Part shown: positions 52,338 through 64,000 of the stretch, piece by piece
How the letters are laid out: the number at the start of each line of letters is the position of its first letter
Position numbering within the stretch: the first letter of the stretch is position 1
DNA from: Octopus sinensis
Lineage: Eukaryota
Reading direction: 5' to 3'
Length of the DNA: 64,000 nucleotides
NCBI RefSeq assembly: GCF_006345805.1
Contig: NC_043013.1
Coordinates: 7,068,001-7,132,000 of the forward strand
Program-made: the position numbers and the translations under genes
Notes under the pieces: model-generated
Seen by the model: only the letters and a program-made list of their open reading frames with translations
Database searches by the model: none
What the model was told of the DNA's origin: nothing

Positions 52338-52951
52338 AGACATGACAGATTAGGGCACTACATTCACTAGAATATTTGTAAATACAAAATTAAATTTCAG
52401 GATATGATAAGTGGTACAGGCACCATCAAGAAGATGTAGTAAACGGCGAGAGTGTTACCATCCTTTGGAACTTCCCAATACAAACAGACAGAAAAATTGA
52501 TGCCAATAGACCAGACATTGTGATCAAGGACGACAACAGAAGAACTTGTCTGTTAATAGATATGTCTGTCCCACAAGATTAAAATGTCTCAAGAAAAGAA
52601 TACGAAAAGCTTTCTCGCTATAAAGATCTGCAAATTGAAATCACAAAAACGTGGAAGCTTAGTACTACAATAATACCAGTAGTAATTGGTGCATTGGGAA
52701 TGATAAAGAAGGGAGCTGAGAAGTATATTAAGCTACTGCCTGGTGACTCCAAGTTCCGTGAACTACAAAATATAACCTCGATGGGTACAGCCCATATACT
52801 AGGGAAAGCACTCTCCATCTGAAATGGAATAAATGTGGTGTTAGTTTTATTTTAGCATGCATAGCAAAGACAAAAGTTCCCTTGCTACACTTGGCCTCCG
52901 AAGGATACCTTGTACGAAGGCAGCAGAAATAAAGTTATAATGAAAGGAAAC

Positions 52952-52954
<3 letters not shown>
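52338..52954 (+). mobile_element. 5'-truncated R4/Dong-type LINE (REL domain and 3'UTR)
   Basis: RHDRLGHYIH, ILWNFPIQTD, ANRPDIVIKD, LLIDMSVP, YKDLQIEI and IPVVIGALG; followed by (TAA)n. Confidence 0.88.
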
Positions 52955-53037
<83 letters not shown>

Positions 53038-53070
53038 TAATAATAATAATAATAATAATATAATAATAAT

Positions 53071-53090
<20 letters not shown>
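52955..53090. repeat. (TAA)n tract
   Basis: Directly visible. Confidence 0.95.
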
Positions 53091-53102
<12 letters not shown>

Positions 53103-53659
53103 AAATGATGATGCTAAGATTCTCTCTGGTCGAACACAACTTCTCTATTCACAAACAATACAGGACACCCCTTCCTTAATTTTTCTTAAGGCTAATAGTA
53201 GTAAACATCTGAACTTTTTTTGACCCCACCCAAAAAAGAAAAAAAAAAAAAAGATAGTAATAGTTCTATCTATCTATCTACACACACACACACAAACCTC
53301 ACCTCGGCTCTATTGTTAACCAAATATGAAAGTATTATTTGACAGGCAAAAACTCTGGCATTGAAGACAGTCAGCCAGCCAACGAGACAGACAGACACTA
53401 CTGTGATGGTGATAATGATAAAAAACAAAAATAACAATAATAAGATACTGCTGTGACTACACATAAAACAATATCATTGATGATGATGGTGGTGATGGTG
53501 ATGGTGATGATGATGATGATGATGGTAATGGTGGTGATAATGATGATAGTGATGGTAATGGTGAAGATAATAACAATAATAAGCCGACTACGGCTGCTAT
53601 AATGGTACGATTATAATTGTAACGGCAATGATGGCCGTCTCCCCACGAGCCAATCAAAG

Positions 53660-56600
53660 CTAAAAAATGATAACATTATCGTAGCACCAAAATGTTTTTG
53701 GAAACTAAAAGGAAAACTAAATCAGTATACCAAATCGCTTGTCCTATGGTTAATCTGGAAGCGCGTCCCCCAGGGAACAGCCAGCCTGGGATCGAAAAGT
53801 CATCAACTGGCACAAACTCTTCTCCGGATACGGACATGGATGGTCACTTGAACGGAAATCCCCCAACTCGAGCCCTCCAGTTCACCACCACAACCACCAC
53901 AGAAAGAAATGTAAGCGGAACAAATGGACCCGAGAAGAGTATAAAGAAAATATACGCTTATTACTATGCATTAGGTAGGCCATCTCAAGAGGACACACAC
54001 CGCAAACTCTTACAGTATATGGCGAACACGGAATCAAGACAGTAGGCCCTATTTGGACGAGAACAAATTAGCAAATGTGAGGAGGGATATCTTTAGAAAT
54101 AACAGACTCACAGACAGTGAAATAAGTGCGATCAAGCACGCAACGGAAAATGACATAAATATAAGACACAAAGGAATGAAGAATCAGATGAACAGTATAG
54201 CCCGCCACGAGGCTTAATTGAAAGACTGCCATCTGACCAAAGTACGCAAAGGCCTGAAGATACAAGAATTCTATTATACCTGTTAAAGATAGCCAGGAAA
54301 ACGAAAAACAACAGTAACTGAAGATCTCGCATTTGCTGAAGAACACAGAGAGTCTATGGCAGAAATGAAGCAGAAAATCCTGAATACGCTTGAAGTTGTA
54401 AGACATACAAGTATGAATGATAGAGAACCGCTTCATAAACTCTCAAATACAAACCAAAATAAAAAACAAATCCAAATTGCAACTATGTAACAAATGAAAT
54501 AATACGAGAATTAAAACCTGATTTTACTGAGTTAAATGAAATTATTTACGCTTCTGCTAGGGCAATTGAAACCAGCTGTATGCCCCCGAAAAAACAAAGA
54601 AAACAAAACCGGGAAGAAATCAAACCTGGAGAAGTAAAATTGAAAAAGAGATTGAATTTATGAGAGGGGAAATATCAATATTAAATGAACTAATATGTGG
54701 AAATGATGTAAGATCCAGAACAGGAAGAAAGATGAAGAGAAATTTGGATCCTCACCAAGAGAAGAACTGATATCAATAAAAGAAACGCTGAAACAAAAAG
54801 TCCAAGCAAAAGCCCAAAGAATACGAGATTTGAGAAGAGAAACAAGTTTTACAAGCAAAATAAGCTGTTCACATCCAATGCCAAAAAATCTACAGAGAAA
54901 TAGGGAAGGAGAAAGTAACCGTTAAAGACCCCCCTCCCATGGAAGAAGTTCAAAACTTTTGGGAAAGGATTTGGAGTGACAAGAAGACGTACAACATAAA
55001 TGCAGACTGGATTATACAAACTGAAGGATCCTACCAAAATTTACAACAACAAGCATGGGAAGACATCACAATAGCAGACCTAAGAAAGGCACTCACGAAG
55101 GCCCATAATTGAAATCCCCCGGTAAAGATAGGGTGCCGAATTTCTGGCTCGCATCGCTCCCGTGCGCACACGGTAAGCTAGTTCAGCTGCTCAATGGAAT
55201 TTTGAGAGACCCAAAGAAAACCACCTGATGGTTAGCAAGTGGCATTACTTACCTACTCCCAAAGAATAACGAAACCAACCTTCCAAAAAACTATCGGCCT
55301 ATAACCTGTCTATCCACCACGTATAAAATCCTAACATCTATCCTGGCGGAGAAAACATATACATTCATGGAGAAGAACGATATTTTCCCCATTGAACAAA
55401 AAGGGTGCCGCCGAGGCTCTTACGGATGCAAAGATCAACTGCTAATCAATCGTATGATCCTTGAGAACTGTCACAACAAGCGCAGAAATCTCAGCACCGC
55501 ATGGATTGACTATAAAAAGGCCTTCGACAGTATACCGCATCCATGGATCTTGAGATCGCTGGACATCTTTAAAATTTCCCCTGTGATTTCAAACTTCCTG
55601 AAGCACAATATGTCGTTGTGGAATACGAATCTCTCCATTATACCACTCTAATGGAGTACTTGCCTCAGAAAATATAAACATCAACTGTGGAATTTTTCAA
55701 GGTGACTCACTTTCACCTTTAATATTCTGCATAGCCCTAATACCCCTTACAAGTGAATTAACAGAACAGGGTATGGGTATAAAATTGCCAATAAAAAATA
55801 AGCCATCTATTTTATATGGATGACTTAAAACTTTATGGTAAAGACAATAATGAACTTGAAGGCCTATTGCGCACCGTGAAAGCATTCAGCGATGACATCG
55901 GGATGGAGTTTGGACTTGAGAAGTGTGCCAAGGCCACTTTCCAGAAAGGGAAAGTGAAGACCACAAATTCAGTCGTGTTAGATGTTGACACAGTCATAAG
56001 AGAGCTTGAGCAAGAACAGACATACAAATATTTAGGGATAAATGAAGGCTCTGGTATTCAGCATGCAAGCATGAAAGAGAAAATCAGGAAGGAATGTTAT
56101 AGGAGAGTTCGTGCAGTCCTGAAATCTGAACTAAATGCACGTAACAAGGTGTTAGCTATAAATTCCTTAGCAGTTCCAGTTGTTACTTATAGCTACAATG
56201 TGTTGAACTGGAATATGAGTGAAGTAAAGAATATAGATAGAAAAATACGCAAGCTGCTGAGTTGTAATAGGATGCACCACCCAAGGCAGACGTAGATCGC
56301 CTTTACCTTCCCAGAGCCCAGGAGGTCGAGGCCTGATCCAATTTGAACTAGCTTACAAAACAACCACAATTGGACTGGCCAAATATCTCGAAATATCGAA
56401 TGACTGGATGCTAAAGCTCGTGGAAAATCACGAGAGACGAAAGAAGCTTCATTCTATCATCAAGGAAAGCAAAAAATTTGCTATTGATCTCGTGCAGGAT
56501 ACCCAAACTGAACAACCCGAGGGAAGTACGGCAACTATTGTTGCAAAGAAGGTGAAAATGATGGCAATGAAAAAAGCGCACGAGCAATTGGCTGATAGGT

Positions 56601-57532
56601 GGGAGGAGAAACCTCTGCACGGCAAATATGTGACCCGCAGCAAACAAGCTGATGTTGACCAGAAGCAAACCATCAGTGGCTGCGGAGCTCAGGGCTAAAA
56701 GCAGAGAGCGAAGGTTTCATCCTGGCTGCTCAAGACCAAAGCCTATTAACCGGAACTACCAGGCCAATGTGATGAAAAATGGAGCAGACCCAAAATGCCG
56801 ATTCTGCAACGACATGATTGAAACAGTGGACCACCTAATCTCTGGATGTAAAGTCTTAGCACCAGTGGAGTATAATTAAGACATGACAGAGTTGGCCAAT
56901 ATCTCCACTGGCTAATAAGTCGGCATTACAATATCAAAACTGCCGACAAGTGGTATAATCACCACCCTGAGGCTGTAACTGAAGGAGAATGTAACCATTC
57001 TGTGGGACTTTCCAGTACATACAGACCGAACCATCAAGGCCAATAAACCAGATATTGTTGTGAAAGACCAAAACAATAAAGTTTGCTTATTGATCGACAT
57101 GAGCATCCCCTGTGATCATAATATCTCAGCGAAAGAGTTTGACAAGCTCAGAAATATAAAGACCTACTCATTGAAATTGAGAAAATGTGGCATCTCAAGG
57201 CGGTTACAATACCAGTGATCGTAGGAGCACTAGGAATCAAGAAGGGAACCGAAAATTATATGAGAATGATCCTTGGCTTACCATCCCTGCAAGAAGTGCA
57301 AAAGATTGTCTTAACTGGTACATCACACGTATTGAGAAGAGCATTGTCGATGTGAGAACTGTTGCTGCTCATGTATTTTAATTTACTTTAAAAAAAAAAA
57401 ATTTTTAAAATGAACGAACTACTGAGTTTGGTTTAATGGCCTACCAATATATACTATGAGTTTCTTTCCCCTAGGAGTCGGGAAGACACTCGGCAAGAAA
57501 TGGAAGAAAATTTGAAAGAAGAAAAAAAAAAG

Positions 57533-57533
<1 letters not shown>
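53660..57533 (+). mobile_element. Near full-length R4/Dong-clade non-LTR retrotransposon (single ORF ~53692-57355: RT, zinc knuckle, REL endonuclease)
   Basis: YRPITCLST, QKGCRRGSYGCKDQL, AWIDYKKAFDS, FQGDSLSPL, YMDDLKLY, CRFC..ETVDHLISGC, RHD, ANKPDIVVKD, LIDMSIP; poly(A) then (TAA)n. Confidence 0.93.
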
Positions 57534-57568
<35 letters not shown>

Positions 57569-57570
57569 GA

Positions 57571-57640
57571 TAGTGCTCATGGGAACTGCTCATATCCTAC
57601 GCAAAATACTTTCTATGTAATCTCAAGGTTTAAAACAAAC
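57571..57640 (+). mobile_element. Extreme 3' coding tip of another R4/Dong element
   Basis: IVLMGTAHILRKILSM*, matching the termini of the two neighbouring elements. Confidence 0.65.
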
Positions 57641-57891
57641 ATAATTTTGAGCGGGATGGGCTACTCAACCTGAAGAAAATTCTAACTGTACCCCACCTGC
57701 AAGGTCATGTGCTGTTTATCTTGATATGAGATCACCATGTCGCGCACATATGGTTGTGATGCATGTGCCTGGTGTACCCTTATCAGACGGGTAGTCATGA
57801 TGGGTATATTGGGCTTTTATATTTTACCCCAGCGTCACTTTGATGGCATGCGCTGCTCTCTCAATCAACAACAACAACAACAACAATAATA

Positions 57892-58390
57892 GGCGCCTGC
57901 ATGGATGTGTGGTTAAGGGGTTCTCTTTGCAATCACGTGGTTTCAAGTTCAGACCCATTGCACAGCACTTTGGCCAAGTGTCTTCTGCTGTGGCCCCGTG
58001 GCTGTGTGGTAAGTAGCTTGCTAACCAACCACATGGTTCCGGGTTCAGTCCCACTGCGTGGCATCTTGGGCAAGTGTCTTCTGCTATAGCCCCGGGCCGA
58101 CCAATGCCTTGTGAGTGGATTTGGTAGACAGAAACTGAAAGAAGCCTGTCGTATATATGTATATATATATATATGTACGTGTGTGTGTGCTTGTGTTTGT
58201 CCCCCTAGCATTGCTTGACAACCGATGCTGGTGTGTGTTTACATTTTGTCACTTAGCGGTTCGGCAAAAGAGACCGATAGAATAAGTACTGGGCTTACAA
58301 AGAATAAGTCCCGGGGTCAATTTGCTCGACTAAAGGCGGTGCTCCAGCATGGCCGCAGTCAAATGACTGAAACAAGAAAAAGAGTAAAAA
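57892..58390 (+). mobile_element. SINE family B with a doubled head
   Basis: Two consecutive heads (57892-57995 and from 57998), one tail. Confidence 0.85.
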
Positions 58391-58489
58391 AAAAGAGAAA
58401 AAAAGAGAGTAAGCCGACCAATGTCTGTGTTCCGTAACAAAAAAAAAACAACTTTATAATTACATAATAGTAATAATAATAATCCTCTT

Positions 58490-58890
58490 TACTATAGGCA
58501 CAAGGCCTTGTGAATGAATTTTGATAGACGGAAACTGTATGGAAGTCTGTCGCATGTGTGTCTGTTTGTATTTGTCCAATTTCGTAACTTAGCGGTTCGG
58601 TAAAACAGACCGATAGAATAAGGACTAGGCTTACAAAGAATAAGTCCTGGGGTCGATTTGTTCGACTAAAGGCGGTACTCCAGCATGGCCACACTCACAT
58701 GACTAAAACAAGTAAAAGAGTAAAAGAGAATAAAAGATGGACACGACTTGCACGAAGGACTAATCCAGGATGAAGCAACCTCTACAACTCATCATTGGCT
58801 TTTATCTTTTGTCTCTTACTTGTTTCAGTCATTAAACTGCGGCCATGCTGGGGTACTGCCTTTGGGTGAGTTCTTAGTCGAACGAATCGA
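58490..58890. mobile_element. Two partial SINE B copies, tail to tail
   Basis: Plus-strand 3' half 58490-58730; minus-strand tail 58790-58890. Confidence 0.7.
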
Positions 58891-59609
58891 CCCCCATATT
58901 TACATGCATTTTCTTCCTTTGGTGTTTGGTCAACACCAAATTTCTTGCCTTGCCTGTTGGAACTTTCTTCTTTTGCCACCATCTTCATGGCGAGTATCTT
59001 CCTTTTTCCACTTCTGTGAGATTATTACCCGACTTCTATAAGTCGCTTTTCTAGCTTTCTCATCTCTGCAAAGTTTTTCGCAAGCAAAAACCTCGGCACT
59101 GCTACTTTCCGCGGCAGTCGACGGTGCATCTCTTTGCCCCTGCACTTGCAGTTAGTCTTGGCTTTGCTATTGTCACCGCAGCTAACATTCTTCTCCCGTG
59201 TACCTGGATTTCCAGTTTGCTAGACGTGTGTCATCACGCTTGCACATCAAGTTTTGCTGGCTGCGCGACTTTGTCCATCTCTCTTTGAGCTTTAGACCTT
59301 AGTAAGACCTATTCGGATGTTAGGCAACATTATGAAAGTTCTTCTGCGCTCTTGTGCAATATTCATTCGAACCATGATGCTCTCATGCCTATTCCTCTAT
59401 CCTTCCACATTGCTTTCATTTGAATCGTTCATTTCACCTCCCGGTTTATTCTCTGGGGGTCGCTCTGTAGCATGTCTGTAATGGCATTGGTTTAAAACAC
59501 ATTTTTTAAAATCTCCAAGTAGGCTCAGACGACACTGTAAGTTTACAGCTCTATTTGGTCTGTGTTTGGCCGAATAAACAAGCTCCCTGTACTACGTCTG
59601 ACTGTCACT

Positions 59610-59664
<55 letters not shown>

Positions 59665-60770
59665 TAATAATAATGAGATTATTGTATACAGTGCTCAAGT
59701 GCACCACAACTTGTCAAAAATGCGTATAAAGTATATGCAGTAATGTACAAATGTCTGGGAAGTGAACAATGTATGAGTTAGATACATGCTTGCGTGTGTA
59801 TGGCGGGGAGAAAATCAGGTGTAGTGTTGGCGAATCTCAGGAAGCATGGAAGTTTTGAAGGATGCAGTGCTCCGACAACTAAAAACTGATGCCGACAGTT
59901 TGTTCCATGCTTCAGCAACTCTCAGCGTGAAAAAAAAAATGTAACTGCGGCCATGTTTTGTTGAGTTCCTTTAATTCGTTTCCCTAAGGACTCCTGATTT
60001 GCAGTTTGGTTCCATCGCGTTTGCCTTGGCGTCTCACACACAAGAACAACTCTTCTTCCACGTGCGCTAGCATTATCGATAAAACTCAATACCGTTATCT
60101 CATGCTTACTAGAAACACTTCTATTAAGTCTCTTTCTCTAAAACACGCACTGGTATTAAGACAAGAGCATGGAGATGAGCTAAATACTGAACTTTAAATT
60201 ATTTCTGCCTACAATTAGAAAAGGAAATTTTCTTCTCAGTTCCTGTTATGAAACAACCTTTTGTTGATTGGGTTTCCTTAAGTTTCCACTCAGTCATGAA
60301 ATTTAGCAAAGCGCAATCAACCTTTTTATACCAATTCCAGACAGCTTTGCTTGGATAATTATACACCCTACGTAAGAACATTTGTTCTGTGTCCGAATAA
60401 ATTTCTTATGCTTGAAGTTGTTACAAATTCACACGTGTTGTTGTTGTTTCTCATTGTACAAGTATTAACAGCTATTGAAGATGACTAGAATCTAACATTG
60501 AATTAGTGGGCTAAAAACCTACTACAGTGGGGACCTCAGGACCTTGTATTCATAAAGCAGCCTTCCTCGCTACAAGGTCAAAAACTTCTTTGTCAGTAGG
60601 GGAGATGGTTAACATCCATTTTCTTCAAATTAGGACAGAAACAGTATTCCTATTCTTTGCATTATAAAATTAAACATGGAGAAAGACTATTTGAAATTAT
60701 TAGCAGGTGATTATGGATATCACACGCAAATTCAAAAAATTTCGGAAAGGAAGCTATTAATAAATATTAG

Positions 60771-60948
60771 GTGTAGGAGGGGCTGTGTGGTAAGTAGCTT
60801 GCTTACCAACCACATGGTTCCGGGTTCTGTCCCACTGCGTGGTACCTTGGGCACGTGTCTTCTACTGTAGCCTCGGGCCGACCAAAGCCTTGTGAGTGGA
60901 TTTGGTAGACGGAAACTGAAAGAAGCCCATCGTATATATGTGTGTGTG

Positions 60949-60990
<42 letters not shown>
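60771..60990 (+). mobile_element. SINE family B, 5' half
   Basis: Head to (TG)n; no tail. Confidence 0.85.
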
Positions 60991-60997
<7 letters not shown>

Positions 60998-61668
60998 TGT
61001 GTGTGTGTGTGTGCGTGCGTATGTATGTTTGTATGTTTGTGTTATGTTCTTAACACTGTTAGAGCAGCAAGCCGGTCGGACCAAATGCCTTACGACATTT
61101 CTTCTGACACCCTTTTTAAGAGCAACTAAACCTACCAAAAATGCGTAAGGTTGTTCATAAACTAGAATATATAATTAGAAATGTCCCTCACTGGTTACTC
61201 TTGTGACAAATACAGAAACGATTAACATTTAGAACAATTACAACAAAATGAAAATTTCGCTTTTAGCGGATTTGCGTCGAACAAATATTAAGGGAGACAA
61301 CTCAAGGTAGAGTTATTTCCCTTAGACTTTTTTTTATTATCTTCCGTGTGTACGTTTTATTGCAGATGAGTGATGCTGACAGACGAGGTTTTAATCATTA
61401 AGCCACTATTTTACTTTTTATGGTTTTACCATTCATCCTTCATTATTCTTGAATTATTTTGCATTGTTTTAAACGATTCGGTTATTAAGATAACAAACAG
61501 AAACATATTTCGGTCAAGAAATATTGCTTCAACACGTTCTGACATCAATGAACATAGAAATGTAAAGAGCTGGAACAAACACCACAGACCGCTACACAGA
61601 CGAATTTAATAATGATTTCTGATCTAGGTACAGACTAGCCATTTTGTAGAGCAGTGATTTGTCGATTA

Positions 61669-62095
61669 GGATCTTTTCGGTTTGAACGACAGTTTTTAAC
61701 ATAATTTCTAGGTAACTAAAAAATTTTAAACTTCGTATACTGGTCGAATGTGTTTATAAAACATCTTTTTCTCTTGCCTTTATTGGGAAAATTCTATAGT
61801 TTGTATGATATTTGTTGGGTTTTTTTTCTTCAATTTCTGCAATTTCAACCGCTCACTGACGTCTATTGAGGTAAAAAAAATATTTTGTGCCGTATGAATA
61901 TGTCCCTCGTTTAAGAAACAGATTGGGTTTATTTACATTTGTGAGGAAAAAAAGATACCCTTCCCCCCACCCCTAACCCTAACCCTAACCTTAAAACATA
62001 TTGAAATGCAATAGATCGATTCTAGGGTCAAAATTATGGGTGACAATTTCATATGACACCGCTAGAAAAAACTGCCGTTCAAACCGAAAAGATCC
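61669..62095. mobile_element. Merlin-like MITE with a perfect 8-bp TSD and internal (CCCTAA)3
   Basis: TIRs GGATCTTTTCGGTTTGAACG.CAGTTTT; GTCGATTA at 61661-61668 and 62096-62103. Confidence 0.85.
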
Positions 62096-62103
62096 GTCGA
62101 TTA

Positions 62104-62320
62104 CATTTATGCTCGTACTGAACTAGTACTTTATTAATCGATCCCGAAAGGATGTAAAGGGAAGCTGACACTGGCACGATATAAAAGATGGGTCACATAA
62201 ATAATAATAAAAGAAGGGCAGAGTAGACCTCGGAGAAATTTGACCCCAGAGTGTAAAGACGGACAAAATGCTGCAAGCATTTTGCCTGGCGTGCAAAACA
62301 ATCCTGCCAGCTCACCACCT
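62104..62320 (-). mobile_element. Diverged SINE family A, interrupted by the MITE
   Basis: CGATCCCGAAAGGATG and GCATTTTGCCTGGCGTGC...GCCAGCTCACCACCTT; tail remnant left of 61669. Confidence 0.65.
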
Positions 62321-62544
62321 TAATAATAATAATAATAATAATATAATAATAATAATATAATAATAATCATAATAATAATAATAAACACTAAACACTAAAT
62401 ACAAAACCAAATACATGGCACACTAGGCATAACAACAACATGAACTTCCAGCCTGTTGTCTCTTGAGGTCTCTGGGTGAGACTTGGAGCCTACTTGTACC
62501 AATATATAGCAAAAGTCAAACATAGAATAATAATAATAATAATA

Positions 62545-62583
<39 letters not shown>

Positions 62584-62957
62584 GTGAAGCTTTGTAAGGA
62601 ATTTAAAAGTCTCTTGGCCCACAAGTTAAAAATAAGAATGACCAAAGACACCCAAATACTGATTTAGACCTACCATTGCTTCTCCTGATTTAGAAATTAA
62701 CAATCAGAAACACCAGCAAGATCCAAATAGTGACAAACCTATCACTGATGCAAGACACATCAAGCAAAAAGCAAAAAAAGGCTTACATGAATAATATCGA
62801 AGACAGCCAGAAACGCAAACCCCTGCATGGAAAATACCCTAACCACCTGTCCAAGGAAAACGTTGTGTTAACAACAAACAAAATGAGGACAAATATCCGT
62901 CAATTGTAAAAACAAATATCCGTCAATTGTAAAAACAAATATCCGTCAATTGTAAAA

Positions 62958-63183
62958 TACACCATCCAAGCGTGGCCGTTCGCCAGCCTCGTTTGGCACC
63001 TGTGTCGGTGGCACATAAAATCACCCACTACACTCTCGGAGTGGTTGGCGTTAGGAAGGGCATCCAGCTGTAGAAACACTGCCAGATCTGACTGGCCTGG
63101 TGCAGCCTTCGGGCTTCCCAGACCCCAGTTGAACCGTCCAACCCATGCTAGCATGGAAAGCGGACGTTAAATGATGATGATGA
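62958..63183 (+). mobile_element. 3' part of an RTE-tail SINE
   Basis: GGAGTGGTTGGCGTTAGGAAGGGCATCCAGC...CCAACCCATGCTAGCATGG...(GAT)n tail. Confidence 0.7.
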
Positions 63184-63414
63184 TGTAAATAATGTAAATA
63201 ATGTACACAATTCCTCATCTCTTAAATATAGAACTGTAGAATGTGGAATATAAAATGAATCTGATAGAAAAGGACATATTCTGGACTTTGTTATCCAATA
63301 TAACCTTCCTTTTTTTTAAGAATATAGGGTGCTGCTGAGGCAGAATTGGTTGCTGCTTCTTGTAGGCTGATTAAGGTTTTATAGTGTGTGTATGTGCACA
63401 TGTACACGTGCATA

Positions 63415-63450
<36 letters not shown>

Positions 63451-64000
63451 TGTATGCATGGGTACGTGTGTGTGTGCGTGTGTGCATGCATGTGGGTGTG
63501 TATTTAAGGTTTTGTATTATGTGTATGAGTTTCTATTGTCAGTGTATGTGTGTGCAGGTGTGTATATATGTGTGTGCCTGTGACTGTATAAATATGTGTC
63601 TGTATCAATGTGTGGGAAAGGAAGAGAGACAGACAGACAGACAAACAGGCAGGCAGGTAGGCAGTCAGTCAGACAGACAGACAAGCAGACAGGTGGGGGT
63701 TATGTCTGGTATAAGTCTGCTGTGAATGAGTTAACTTATGATGACAGACATTCCAGCTGTGCCCACTCTGTCTTGAAATTTCAGATAATGTATATTTAAA
63801 GAAAATGATTAGATATGTTCTTTTTTTATGATGATAGGGTTTGATTTGAGGGCAATTTAGCAGCTATTTCTTGTAAAACAAGGTTCTATTCTATTCTCGA
63901 AAAAGTCATTGCTGATGTTCAGCCGAAGGTCAAGACTTCATTAATCAACATGTCCTTCCTTTTTAAAGAAGATAGGGTGTTAATGAGGGTGATTTAACAG

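Noticed and set aside
53584-53700. HDV-like ribozyme at the LINE 5' end
   Set aside because: Known for some R2/R4 elements, but I could not build P1/P2/P3 pairings here.

Overview
AT-rich, microsatellite-dense eukaryotic DNA. The SINE families and repeat landscape point to an octopus or other coleoid cephalopod (inference, not database-checked). No host gene can be called confidently; only a few weak exon candidates exist, and most ORFs in the supplied track are microsatellite or SINE artefacts. The window is mostly mobile DNA: about five tRNA-derived SINE families (one amplified into an 11-unit ~183-bp array at 6084-8110), mariner, maT (DD37D) and Tc1 (DD36E) relics, two Merlin-like MITEs carrying TTAGGG repeats, Helentron/DINE-1-like elements, an RTE fragment, and a probably intact full-length R4/Dong-type LINE (53692-57355) broken mostly by homopolymer -1 indels. 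The most interesting signal lies outside the ORFs: about 15 type I hammerhead-ribozyme motifs from several unrelated short elements. They have palindromic helix III (dimer-type, as in Penelope-like elements), usually abut (TA)n tracts, and are often preceded by an inverted copy of their own 3' tail. One copy (725-973) carries a tRNA-like Pol III head, i.e. a candidate SINE/retrozyme hybrid. Another (35976-36882) preserves a head-to-tail junction implying a ~0.49-kb tandem or circular monomer. Repeat boundaries are hand-estimated and approximate.
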